A DNA stretch of 64,000 bases from Takakia lepidozioides (Eukaryota; Plantae; Bryophyta): positions 4,960,001 through 5,024,000 of the forward strand of contig CM060732.1 in NCBI GenBank assembly GCA_030704615.1. The letters run 5' to 3'. Shown here piece after piece: positions 1 through 11,629 of this stretch (position 1 is its first letter; the number at the start of each line of letters is the position of its first letter). The notes beneath the pieces were generated by a model that saw nothing but the letters and a program-made list of their open reading frames with translations, made no database searches and was not told the origin of the DNA. A program made the translations under genes and the position numbers.

Positions 1-792
1 AATCCTCTGAATTCGGAATAGTGTGTGGACCAAGCTTGTTTCACATGCGATTTCTCGTCGAAAAAAACATTGGAAACATTGCATTCCTTAACACTGTTTT
101 TTGGGATTAACAAGACTACAGAGGGAATGAAATCTCTAGGATGACTTACTTGTTCACGTCGTGCATAGCTGTAAGAAGCCTAGCGATGTCGTTTCCTGGA
201 TCCAAAACCATTGCCTCCACAGCAACATGCTTGTCTTTGTCTTTCGCATGGTGTTTCTGATGTATCCCATCCATGCCAGCAATCGGTGGTTGCCGTCCCA
301 GACGTAAAAACATGTGGTTGCAGAATTGTGGGTGTTCTTTCCCATCATGAGGCCCAGCTCGAACTCCTCATTGGCATCTTTCCAGCACTCATCCCAGGTA
401 TCACTGATCTCTGGAGACACTAATGTGCTTTTCCCATTTATATCCGTCAGTGACACATAAAAAACTTGTGCACCAAGTCTGTATCCATGCACGAAATCAC
501 TCTCCAATTTTGTTATGTCATGGGAAAGAGGTGGACGCACAACAGGCATAGATATCATCCGGCACAGAGGGATGTCCAGACGCCCTCCAGATACGAGCAT
601 GTCCCTTATAACCTCCTGAGAGTTTACCTTCTGGAATGACATGAGTTCTTTCACCTTGTCAAGGTAGTGCACTTCAGATTCATCTGCTTCATCGTTATTC
701 TCTGAGCTTTTTCCAGACTCGTCCCCATCTCCAGATCCTTTCCCCTCTGATCCTGTAGGCTTGGACCTCACAGTTTTTTTGCACGATGCCAT
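1..792 (-). pseudogene. ParB/Sulfiredoxin-like (DGNHR motif) accessory gene of a Mutator-like element, copy 1; spliced, runs off the window start
   Basis: ORF 154..792 has PLCRMISMPVVRPPLSHDITKLESDFVHGYRLGAQVFYVSL...FYVWDGNHRLLAW. After a frameshift it continues ...AMHDVN|gtaagt (donor near 149), then an exon reading TEKSHVK.SLVHTLFRIQ. Homologous to 23035-23940. Confidence 0.65.
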
Positions 793-1608
793 TCAATTTG
801 ACTGAGTAATGTGCAAATAGTGAACGGCGGTAACGACCATCACTCTGTCTCGACGAAACTCACAATGAATGGTGTGAAACAAATTCAGAACCATCTACAC
901 AAGCAAAGCTGATCTGCCGAATTCAAAAACAAAGCGAGAGCGAGAGCGAACGGCGTTAACGACAATCACAAAAGACAAGGACCTGCCGGATCGGTGTTGT
1001 GTAATGACATATGTGTAAGTGATTGGCGGCAACGACATTCAGTATAGTTTAGGGCGGACAGTAAGTGCAGATTATTCAGATTGACTCCATTGTGATTACC
1101 GTCGCAAGCATTCACGGTTTCTTGTCTATGTCGAGAGTACTTTCCAATCGATACTCTACCTGAATCTACAGTATGGTCTTCAAATCTTTGATTGGCGGTA
1201 CCGCCTTTCCACTTCTCTATCTGTTCAACCTCATACAAAGAAAATGCATTGCAATACATTATGACTGAATATGCGACCCTCACTCTCTCTCTTCAAACAC
1301 ATAGGTAAATAAATCTCATGAGGAGAATCAAAATGGCGTTAACGACGCTCGCAATTCAGTAGACTTCAATCACATGTTCCTGCTAAAGAAGGGAAGAGGA
1401 AGGACTGCTTGAAAGGCAATCAGACAGACTGTATGATCTGAACAACAGTGAATGACGGTACCGTCAGTCACCCACTCATTGTGCGTAAACCCTTAACAGA
1501 GGAGTAGAAAGCAAATCACCGTTGTTTCATGGTGATGGTCGGTAGCGACAATCCCTTTCTGGGACATTCCACTCAATCTCTACGCAGATCTTCAAAATGA
1601 AATGTAAG

Positions 1609-2028
1609 TTAGAGAAAACTTACTGGCGCCTTCTTAGGTTTTGAAATTGGATCCCCTTCTGCAGCTTTCCTCTTCCCTCTCACATCTGCTGGAATTTTTG
1701 TCTGCTCTAGGGTTTCTGGACCTTCTCCCGGTTCAGCGTTCCTCGTACTTCCACCTCCTTCAGTTTCCCTGCGAGTCATCTCTGCATCCACAGGCTGGTT
1801 TCCAACGCGCACTGTTATCGCCGACTGTGTCACAGCCGCTGCCTCAGTCTCGGTCTGCTCTTGTGAATCAGTCTCCGCGTTCACCTGCTGCCTTGGCCCT
1901 GTGTTCTCCAACAAACGACGCCTCGTCATTTGCTCTCTTGCTCTGCGTCTCTCTCTAAGGGAAGTAAAATAAAGAGACTTTCTTCTCTTTCGTATTGTAG
2001 AAGGAACCCTCTCCAGCTTGACTACCAC
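1609..2028 (-). CDS. hypothetical charged/low-complexity protein, probably a transposon accessory ORF or upstream exon
   Basis: 139-aa ORF with basic NLS-like stretches (RKRRKS, KRKAAE, KPKK); lies between the ParB-like gene and the transposase; no recognisable domain. Confidence 0.3.
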   Translation of the reverse strand: MVVKLERVPSTIRKRRKSLYFTSLRERRRAREQMTRRRLLENTGPRQQVNAETDSQEQTETEAAAVTQSAITVRVGNQPVDAEMTRRETEGGGSTRNAEPGEGPETLEQTKIPADVRGKRKAAEGDPISKPKKAPVSFL

Positions 2029-2773
2029 TCTCCCTCTAAGCGCGAAAAGTAGAAAAACGAAGTGACTGATTTCTTGCGGGATTGCGTGCGTTGTTGCTTG
2101 TCTCTAGAAGCATCGGATTCCCTCTCGCGTGACCGTTACACATAGTCGTTCCCTTATTAGTGCACATGCCACAATTAGTGTACAGCTGTTCGTATTCAGT
2201 TATCGATGTCTGACGTGTGTCGCCCAAAATAAACGGCGTGTTCTTTATTAGAACGGTTTCAATATTTAAAAAAACGCGAATCCCATAAATCTTGGCGCAC
2301 AGTCTTAGACAAATATATGTAAATGAACGAGAGTTTGATGACAAATTTTGGGATATCATACACGGTCATCCTTGTTAGCCAACCCCACGTCGTTTCACAT
2401 TTTGAACTTTCCAGGTGCGCATGATCATTGGTAGTAGTATAAAGATACATTTACTTAATCTGCAATCCCACCCTCAGATCCTGTGGCATGCTTCCAGGAA
2501 GTCGGCTTGTTTGTGTTTATTGATGAGGTTCTGATTAACGGTTTAACAGCTGCCGACATGCTCGTAGGATACTCTGACCACTGGGCCCACAAGAAAAGTA
2601 ATTAAAATGGACGGCTGCATATCTGGAAGGAATACAGAATATGCACAGTCGTCGTCTGAGCTTCCTCCGCCATATTCTCTGCTCATTCTTCAACTGTGTT
2701 CTGGAGACATCAGTAAACCGATTTACACTGAAGGTCTGCGATAGCAAGGTATCAACGTACGCGAGGAAGGAAG

Positions 2774-5000
2774 ATGGCTTCCTCTGAAGCGGAGTTCTTC
2801 TCTGACGACAAACCAGTGAATCCCAGGAAGTCCTTGACAATGGATTTGCAATTGTTCTGGAACATGTCTTGGCTACCCGTTTTCAGCTTCAGAATGGCTC
2901 CATCTTTTTGGAGAAAGAGGTGTACGATTGAAAGGGAAGTTGTTGAAATACTCTTTCCAAAACCGTGATGAGACGGCTCATGTCAGCCAGTGGAGAGTGC
3001 CCTCGTCGATACAGAGTACTTGGAGAGCCTCGGCAAAGTCCCTTGGGTCATATGTGACGCCCGGGACTGCTGCTTCGGTCGTTGAAGACAAGAGGGGTGG
3101 TGGTGAAAAAAGAACAGACGTCCTCCCACTCCAATCGTTGAGCTTTCGGATTCGTCCGATGATGACATAAGTGAAATTCCAAATCCAGTCCTTCCTACTG
3201 TGGTTGGAGAAGCTGATGAAGAAGAGATTTGTAGTGTCATTCCAAAATTACGGGCGATGGGAGTGGCTGGATTCAAAAGTGAGTTGCGAGGAATTGATTG
3301 GGAATCTTTGAAGCAGGTGCCTGTGAAGTTCTTGCCAGAGACTTTTGATGGCGATATCCTATTCGAGCTGCCTCCTCCTCCGCGAGTTGGAGGTGTAACA
3401 ATCATGATGCATGGAATGGACAAGAAACACGACGGGCACCCGTGGTGCAGAACAAAAACATCCAATATTCAGAATGATGACAAGCTTGTTTTCAGGAGAA
3501 CAGTTTGCAATGGACACCTTAGGTGTGATAATTTGAATTGCAGACACTTTCTTAGTCTGGGGTTCATAATCAAAGCGAATGGGAGGGTCTGGCGGAAAAT
3601 CCATTTCAGCCTGGGACTGCCCCACCACCGGCAAACACTTTCGTCTGCAAATTCTGCAAACTTGTGCCATCCTGCTTGGCGCTCTGCGGAGCAAGAATGT
3701 ACTATGTTGTCCACCGTTTGAAAACAATGACAAGAGCTTGTGTGCATTTCGGATTCCATAACCATCCTCTCGAAGGGGGATTACAGGGAGAGTGTTGAGA
3801 CAGTATCGAGGTTGATTAAACAGGAGTTCGGGAGAAACCCATCCGCAACAATCTGCAATTGCTCTTGGCGCAAGCAAGTCCTTCTTGGAAAGCCATATTT
3901 TGAGTGAAGGGGATTCTGTGGGGACTAAACTTGACGGTGCAGCATTGGACCTGGTCATGGATCATTTCTTTCTCCACTTTGAGTTCACCTAACATTCGGC
4001 ATCAGATCAATGCAGAATGTCTGGTATCAGAGGCTACATAGACAACATTTTGGAGTTGAAACGAGTGAGCAAGTACGATTACATCCAGGACAATGTATTC
4101 CCAGGTCAAGGTGCCATCAAAGTTTTTCTTTTCAAAATGTCGACTGTTGGGGAGGGCAGTGGGGTTAGCCTCGTGAAGCGGATGCAGAAGACTGGGGACT
4201 TGAAGAACTGTTTTCTTATGTTTGATCATGTGCGAGTGAAGGATTGGACGACAATGGCTTGTCATGTCTACGATCCAGTGTACCAACGAGTTATGACAAT
4301 TGCAGTTTGTGACATGCAATCCGAGGATACGGAATCCCAGAAGCTCATGTGGAATTCCCTGATACGTGTCATGGGCTGCCATCTCCAAATTTCGCAGGTT
4401 TCATGGCGGATAGTGCTCAAGCAAATTTCAATGTTGTTCGTATTGTCTTCGGATCGGGCGACCCAAAAGTGCCAATGCGAGGAAGAGAGCGTACATGTCT
4501 ATTCCATTGGACACAATCTCTGGAAAAATACAAAGTCGGACATCAAACCAGAGATGCAGACTCAGCACCGTAAATTGTGCAAAGAGTACAAAGATGCTAG
4601 AACAATGAAAAAGGCGGACACTTTGTTCCAGACAATTCGTGCCTGGTGGTTCTCTTCTGGAGCTGCATCACTTGAGAGTATGAGAGCATTGGAAGATTGG
4701 CTGGCGTTTTGGCACTTCCGGTATAGACAGTGGGGAGCAGCCATGCCAGTGGTACGAGGCTTATATTTCTTGCTTTATTCATACATTTACTTTCCATTTT
4801 ATTGTGTCCTCACTTTCTTTATGTTGTTTTCTGTTCACTGTTTTGAAGTGTGGTTCTCCACTTTGCAGAACATGTCCATGGAGGAAATGGCGGACATGCC
4901 ATCTTGCAATTTGGCAGAAACTGTGCACAACGTAGGGTTGCAGCAGTCTGGGAAATGAGGTCGAGATTTGTATGTGGCAACAACAGATGATTCTACTCTT
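2774..5000 (+). pseudogene. Mutator-like (MULE) DDE transposase with WRKY/GCM-like zinc-finger DNA-binding domain, N-terminal part; frameshifted and interrupted at ~5000
   Basis: DGHPWCRTKTSN...RRTVCNGHLRCDNLNC and CKFCK...C..C...HFGFHNHP (GCM-like). Catalytic segments LMFDHV, GFMADSAQAN, CLFHW (CxxH) and CNLAETVHN. One intron at about 4752-4868. Confidence 0.65.
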
Positions 5001-5004
5001 GTGA

Positions 5005-5395
5005 GTTGTATCAGGAGACTGGCCCCTTGCGTAAAGGGAGTTAGTTAATGTTCGTGAGTGGGATAATTTCCGAAACTAACGTGTTGTTGTTGGTGGACAC
5101 AGGAGCGTCGGACTCCTTCATGACACCGGCAACGGCACGGAAGCTGGGGCTCCCGACAAGTGATGTGGGGGCCTCTATTGAAGTGCGTTCTGCCAAAGGA
5201 GAACCACAACTGGCGACGAGGTTGGCGTTCAATGTCCCTCTTCAGCTCGGGAGTTGGGATGGACGTGAGAACTTCACCATTTGCGAGATCGATGGAGTGG
5301 ATCTCATTTTGGGGATGACATTTTTGAGCAAATCCGGAGCGGTCATAGATGGCCGCAAGAGAATAGTCACCTGCGTCAACAACCCTTCCCAAAAG
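5005..5395 (+). mobile_element. Ty3/gypsy aspartic protease fragment
   Basis: LLVDTGASDSFM and DLILGMTFL retropepsin motifs in ORF 5048..5482. Confidence 0.85.
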
Positions 5396-5666
5396 GCTAC
5401 TGGCATGAGAGGCATCTGTTGGTCTGGAGGAGCCTCTGGGAAGTCCTCGGGCTCCGATTCCCAAAATTCCTCCCGTTCTTGAGCGGCCTCGCTTTCAGAA
5501 GCATGAATCGCCTCTTCCAATTGCCGCTTCGGTGACACGCCGCCCCCACCAGGCTCACCAGGATCATCATCTTTCGGGCCGTTCCGCTTTCGCTTTGTCT
5601 TGTCCGACCCCATCATGAGGCCGATCTCAAGGACGATTGCGTACTGAACTTTAAGCTCTGATACCA
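5396..5666 (-). mobile_element. Ty3/gypsy tRNA-iMet PBS and gag N-terminus (opposite strand to the adjacent protease)
   Basis: gctctgatacca at 5655-5666 is the reverse complement of TGGTATCAGAGC; it is followed on the minus strand by MGSDKTKRKRNGPK... Confidence 0.8.
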
Positions 5667-5668
5667 AG

Positions 5669-6445
5669 TGTCGTGCACCTCACTTCGGTAAGCTCCCCTT
5701 CACGTCATAGTTACTTGCTTTGATGCGCGCGCCTAACTCCCAAACTGGCCGCCGGGCCAACTCGGAGCTTCGGCTGCTCACCGGGACATAAGGGTCCCTT
5801 TTTGCTCCTCCACAAGACCCTCGCTCACTTTGGGCCTAGTGGAAATTCCCTTTGGTTGTTGGCAGTCTGGAACAGCTCCCCCACCCTTGGTCGTTTTCTC
5901 TGGCTCGCACGCTTACTCACTAGTTTCTGGTCACCAACGGGCTTACACCGTTCTCGGAGTTACTACTCCCTATATATACTTTTGTGACTGTTCGCGGGGT
6001 TTCACAAACAACACCGTCCTTTTATGGCGAACCACCACGAAGACCCTTGACTCCCGCTGATGAGTTGCGGTGAGTCTTGGCCCACCCACCACGGCCCCAA
6101 TGGACCGTGATGAGTCCCAAGACTCCCCAGACTCCCACCACAACGTTCCCGCCCCATGGTGAGTCCTATGCCACCCCTACTAAGACCCACTAAGCTACCA
6201 CCACCCCTCGTGGAACCACCCCCCACCGCAACCCGGTGTGCGGGGCTCCACCTAGTGAGCGCCTTCGCCTCCTTGAGTGCCTTGGGCACTCAAGGGTGCT
6301 TCAGCCCCCGTACCTATTGTTGCCACTGCCCCCACCACAGGGGCAGCCCCTCTTGTATCCCGACCCCCTACCCTCAAAGCAAAGGGCCGCGACAAGCTCG
6401 GTCGGCCCTACCTTCAACCACACTCATGCCATGCACAAGGTCACA
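5669..6445 (-). mobile_element. 5' LTR of a Ty3/gypsy element (about 777 bp)
   Basis: TG...CA ends (tgtc at 5669, ggtcaca ending 6445); 2 nt from the PBS; TATA-like tatatata at ~5971. The outer boundary is approximate. Confidence 0.6.
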
Positions 6446-8169
6446 TTACGTGGCTGGACGATCTAGTGATATAGTTGAGCAAAAACGAATGGCATGCAAC
6501 AATAAAGCACTTGGTCCTTGAACAAAGAAATCAAGCCAGAAAGGGTTAATTAGGCATTCCCCCTTGCAACAGGTAAGAGCATGTTCCTTGTCACCAATCA
6601 CCAGAGCTGTGGGGATGCCCAATGCCTGCCAATTCAAGGTCTGACGACTGAAAGCGAGTCGTTTGATCTCAGCGATGGGTAAAATGGTGTGTGTCCACGA
6701 AGCACAATCTTCAGAGGCAAGCGGAAGATGTTGTGTGTTCAAAGAGTTATCTTCCAGGTGCATGCGCTTAGAGATGTAATGTGGGTAGCTCTTTCAAACT
6801 CTCTGCGAATGGCGTTGAGGAAACATTCGTAGCAACGGGAGTCTTCACTCAATGGTTGTAGTTCATGCAGATGTAAGATGTGCTGTTATTGTAGGTCATG
6901 TGCGATCTGGGCCAAGACTTCTTCAGGAATTAGACCCACAGGATCACAGTCCCAATCAAGAGTTTCTTCCTCCCAAGGGGCTTCGTACTCCTCAAATGGA
7001 TGTGTGCACTGTAAGGAGGGCAAGACTCAGCGTAGAATCCGTTCACAGGGGCAATGATAAGGGCGGACTGCGCAGACCATATCACCCGCGGGGTCAAAGA
7101 GCTGGTGACCACACCAAGGGAAGCTCGGGAGAAAGGAGACAAAGTAGACGAGGAATCAGATGAAGCAGCAGCAGAAGCACGGGAAACCATGCTGAACTAC
7201 AAGAGTAGAGAACACACAGGGAGAGGAAAATCGAAAGGGAAGTTGCGGGAGAAAATAATAAGAAGAAGTCATGGTGACGACGAGCTGATGAGCTGAGATT
7301 TAGGCAAACCGCATCTCCACCACAAAATTTTAGGGCTTGATTCTCCTTCCTCTACAAAAACGCAACAACAAACATTCGTGTCTTTTCCGAATCGACTTCG
7401 TATCCGAAACCACTGTGGGAACAACTTCGCAGTCCACGTTACTACTGGAGAGTCGCAACGGACAATGAAGGCCCACGGGGGCATTTCTAATGGCGGATAG
7501 AAGTTGCGTCAATGAGTCCGCCGTCGTTGCAATAATCGCGGCTATTTAATTCAATTACGTAAATTGGAAAAAAATAAAAAGCGGCAATTACAAGTTGTTC
7601 TAATTACTTCACATGCAACTAGAAAAGTACGTTCCTATTAGATGTAATGGAATAAAAATATTTATTCATTTAAATGAGTATACATCGATGGCGACTCCAT
7701 AACACCCCCATTGATTGCACCCTGGATCGGGCCCATTTGCTGACGTGTGTTTCAACAACAGAGGTGAACAATGAAAAGTCCGACGGGAATACTATTTTAT
7801 ATGTACCTCTTACTTTGCTCCACCTGGAAGTGACATGGATGCCCGTGCTGTCGAGAGAACATGGCGGGATGGAATAATTCGCCCTGGCCGGGTGAATGCG
7901 AACCAGACTGTGGATGACCTTCGTATACTACGAGTGCAGGTAGTGGCTTCTCAGAAGTGTGTGACATCGGGGTCGCGGTCAGAAGAGGGACGCCATAGCT
8001 CGCAGCGCAAGGAGGGTGTAATCAGCAATGGTGAAGCGTGGTCCTCCTGCAAGATTGCCATGCATGGAAGAGAAGCGCCTGCTTGGGACTGAACTCTCTG
8101 CAGCCCACACTCAGATCAGAAAGCTGGAAGAAGCTGTTGGCAAGATGGAAGCAAGGTGGTGCCCTGTCA

Positions 8170-8850
8170 GGTGCGTGTAGCCTCAGCAAATGTGTGTGCG
8201 AGCCTGGCAGCCATGCAAAAGGGCAAAGAGGTCCATGGTGACATCATCAAGCTGGAGAATTGAACCAGATGTCTTGCGAACATACCTGTGGTGGACATGG
8301 TTCCAATGTGGTAGCATCGCAGTTGCGAAGGGAGAGTTTGACAACATTGCTGAACAAGATGTTGTCTCATGGAACACGCTAATCGCAGGATATGGCCAGC
8401 ATGTGCGCGAGATGATGGCATTGAGACATATGAGCAAATTTGCGGGAGGGGTGCAGCCTGACCGGTTCACGTCATTTGTGTTTTTGCAATGCATGTGCAA
8501 ACCTGGCAGCCCTGAAAACCTGGAGACCTGGTCAAGGGCAAAGAGATCCATCGTGACATCGTCAAAGTTGGACTCTCACCAGAATGTCATTCTGAACAAT
8601 ACCCTCGTGGACATGTATGCAACGTGGGAGCATTGATCGATGCAAAGGGAGTGTTCAACAATATGGTTGAGCGAAATGTGGTGTCGTGGAACGCGATGAT
8701 CGCAGGACATGCACAACAGGAGCGGGAATTAGAGGTTTTGGAAACCTACATGAGCAAATGATGTGGGAGGGGGTGAAGCCCGACCACAACGTTTGTTTGC
8801 GTTTGCAATGCTAGTGCGAGCTTGCTGGAGAAGGGCAAGAGGTCCATGGT
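8170..8850 (+). pseudogene. PLS-class PPR fragment
   Basis: DVVSWNTLIAGY, NVILNNTLVDMYA and GKEVHG-type motifs, with frameshifts. Confidence 0.85.
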
Positions 8851-8879
8851 TTGCAATGCCAACGCGGAACAACAAGGTC

Positions 8880-9190
8880 GAGGACAATGTGGTGAGGGCA
8901 CCTTCTTTTTCAACCTATTTCAGCCTGTTTTTCCCTCTCATCAGACTCGGCCCTGAGATGCATATTGAATTCTGTAAGTAATCTCGTTTTGCTTCTAAAA
9001 GAATTTCAAGGGAGGGAGTCCATTATGCCTCTTCTGGCTCTTCTGGGCATGTGAAGATGCTTTGTGAGGCAGGCAGACTAAAAGATGCTCTACAGACTTT
9101 AAACCAAGGAGCATTTCAGCAGATTCAAATTTGTATGTATGTCTCTTGCTTAAGTGCATCAAGATGAAAGGTCTGGAAGCGGGAAAGCAG
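8880..9190 (+). pseudogene. 5' exon/linker fragment of the PDF-PPR gene family, truncated at 9190
   Basis: Near-identical to 33590-33765 (SSGHVKMLCEAGRLKDALQTLNQG...YVCLLLKCIKMKGLEAGKQ), and includes the recurring exon ending gaattct|gtaagt. Confidence 0.7.
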
Positions 9191-9549
9191 GACTGGGCTA
9201 GGAACCGCCACTTCACGAGGCCCTTCAACCTGACCTTGGGCCTTGGCAAGTGCGGCTTCCTTGCGGAGGAAGGGGTCTATATAGGGGTGACATCCAAAAG
9301 TTGCCTGAACCGGGGCCCCGAACGGGTGATGCGCTTGCCAAGGTACATTTCACCCGTCTTGGTGGCCGGGGGTGTCCTCAACTGACCATCCGGCCCAACA
9401 ACAACCTCCCAAATAGGAGAGGTGGCTCGTCTTGTCCCGGTCCAAGACGGGGACAAGAGGGGGGGTACTGGCCTCAGGGGGCAGACGAGCCCATCCGGCT
9501 GCGGCTGTCAACGGGGCTGGTTAACCGTGAGACGCCAACCCGCGTCACA
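9191..9549. mobile_element. probable LTR fragment
   Basis: GC-rich segment that interrupts the PPR fragment; contains ctatatagggg and ends cgcgtcaca; no partner LTR in the window. Confidence 0.35.
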
Positions 9550-9705
9550 CGTGCCGGCAAAACAAACGAGTTCTCCGCCCCTTTCTTTGGGGCAGGGGAC
9601 TTCTTCTCTTTTTCCCCTAAGCGTGGCACAAGTCATGCAAACCCAAAAGTTTGCCTCACCAGGAAACATCTCTACATTCCAGATCCAAAAAAAAAACAAA
9701 GCATG

Positions 9706-9832
9706 TGGGGGGCTGAGAGCAGCAAGTGCTGCTGCTCTCAGCTTCCCCCCACCAGAGAGGGTGCAAGAAAATAAAATAAAAATGTGGGGGGGGGGGGGGG
9801 GGGGAAGTGACTGAGCAGCAGCAGCTGCTCAG

Positions 9833-9863
<31 letters not shown>
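9706..9863. repeat. two adjacent GC hairpins with poly-G/poly-C arms
   Basis: ggggggctgagagcagca-agtgc-tgctgctctcagc-ttcccccc, and G19 (9786-9804)...ctgagcagc-agca-gctgctcag...C31 (9833-9863). Confidence 0.8.
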
Positions 9864-9891
9864 ACCTTTTTGTTTTTGTTTGCTCGTCTCG

Positions 9892-9894
<3 letters not shown>

Positions 9895-9958
<64 letters not shown>
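9895..9958. repeat. (TC)n microsatellite
   Basis: about 32 perfect TC units. Confidence 0.97.
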
Positions 9959-9962
<4 letters not shown>

Positions 9963-10116
9963 CACTCCCCACAAAAAAACAAAAATCGGAGAGGAGAGAG
10001 AGGGGGCAGCAGAGAGGGAGAGAGATGGATAGAGGGGGAGAGAGAGGGCCGTGTTTCCTGGTCAGGAGCGACCAATTGCACCTGATTCAATACAGGCTGG
10101 CGGACACAATCAATAT

Positions 10117-11150
10117 ATGAATCAAATTACGATATAAGTATTGATGCGTCGTATACTACGCATATTGCAGCCACGACTTGATGCCCAAGCTCGCAATCAC
10201 ATTGCACGGGAGGCATTTCGCGCCGGTCTGCTTGCAGAATTTGTGCCAGAGCCTGTGCCCGATGACACCAGTTGGTTCCCCCAGTACCACGTAGATAAGA
10301 TGCATAGGGTCGAGGGGTATCGTAGATGTTGTAGGCGTAATGGCCGGTGACGAACATGCCCACCCCCCCCTCCGGTTTCCTCAGGCGGTCCCCCTGATCC
10401 AGTGTCCTCATCTGATGATTCTTCGCGCCGTACATGCAGTAGCAGCTTACAGGCCGATTGTGCCCCCCCCCCCCCCCCCTGTCTGTTTCTTTTCCTGATC
10501 CACCTCCGGTAGTACCTGATCCGGATGTTGTACCCCCAGCTACACCTCCGACATTACATCCTCAACCACCTCCACTTTTATCTCCTCCGCCAGCAGTACC
10601 ACCTCCACCTCCACCTCGACGTGCATGTGCCCCCCGAACCCCTTGGAGGGGTCGGCTTCGCCCTAGGTTTCCTCCCCTTCGGCTTGGGCGACCTGAGCCG
10701 GATCCTCGCCCCCGCTGGGAAGCATATAGGACTATGTTACTGAGGACCGTTCAGCCTCGTTGTTGGGGGAATCATCTCGACCCTCCTACCCCCATCCAAG
10801 AGAATGTGGAGTTTGAGTATTGGGGTAGACGTTATGTTGTGAGAGCCGCTACTGACCCTGCTATGGGTCGGGGTTTATTCACGGTCAATGATATTGTGGT
10901 TCCTCGTGGGAGCAACAGCATGGTGGACTTGTTTCCCTACTACGGTCCATACTATACCTCCGGGGAATTCCGTACATTACGCCTCGAAGCACCATATATT
11001 TTACCCTACATTTTGTGTGTCAACGGACAGGATGTACGTAGATGGGGGCTGTCTCCCATTGAGATCAGATTTTGTGATGGTGACCTCGATATCTTCAGCA
11101 ATGTTGCTGGGCTGGTCAACAGTTCTTTTGGTCATCTTAGGAGAACCAAT
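10117..11150 (+). pseudogene. divergent SET-domain gene with proline-rich linker, 3'-truncated
   Basis: ORF 10458..11198 has MGRGLFTVNDI...PYYGPYY...YILCV...FCDGD...NVAGLVNSS...N, the SET motif order GxGLF / YxG / D / N-x(4)-NHS-like. The C-terminal EL..DY motif is absent. A possible first exon lies at 10117-10347. Confidence 0.55.
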
Positions 11151-11629
11151 AACCCTATTTTAACCCGGACTTTTGACTTAAATCCGGACGAAACTTAATA
11201 TATAACATATTAAAATTAATTCAGGTAATAATAATAATATCGTGGAATATTGAGTCATTTAACTTGTCATTTATGTAACATCAAATGGTAAGTCGAATGA
11301 CGTACTTTGCATCAGAAAATTATAAAGATAAGATCGATTGAATGAAGTTATTAATAAATTGATAGATGTATGACATAAACAAATGATTCAAGAAGATAAT
11401 ATACAAATGAAAAGTAAACATCCATACCATGCTTACAGTATAGTAGTACCATAAACCAATGTATTGCAAGTTTTTAATTGATGGATTAAAACGTTGAATG
11501 GAATAAGGTTGGATTTCAATGAAACATGTGAATTATGTTTCAAAATATTTAGAGATCATTCCGAAAGGTTCATGTGACAACCAAATATGGTGGAAGAGTG
11601 TCATGTAGATTAAGCTAAAAAATCATTGA

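Noticed and set aside
9656-10085. poly-Gly, poly-Pro, RE- and SL-repeat ORFs
   Set aside because: Translations of homopolymers and the (TC)n microsatellite.
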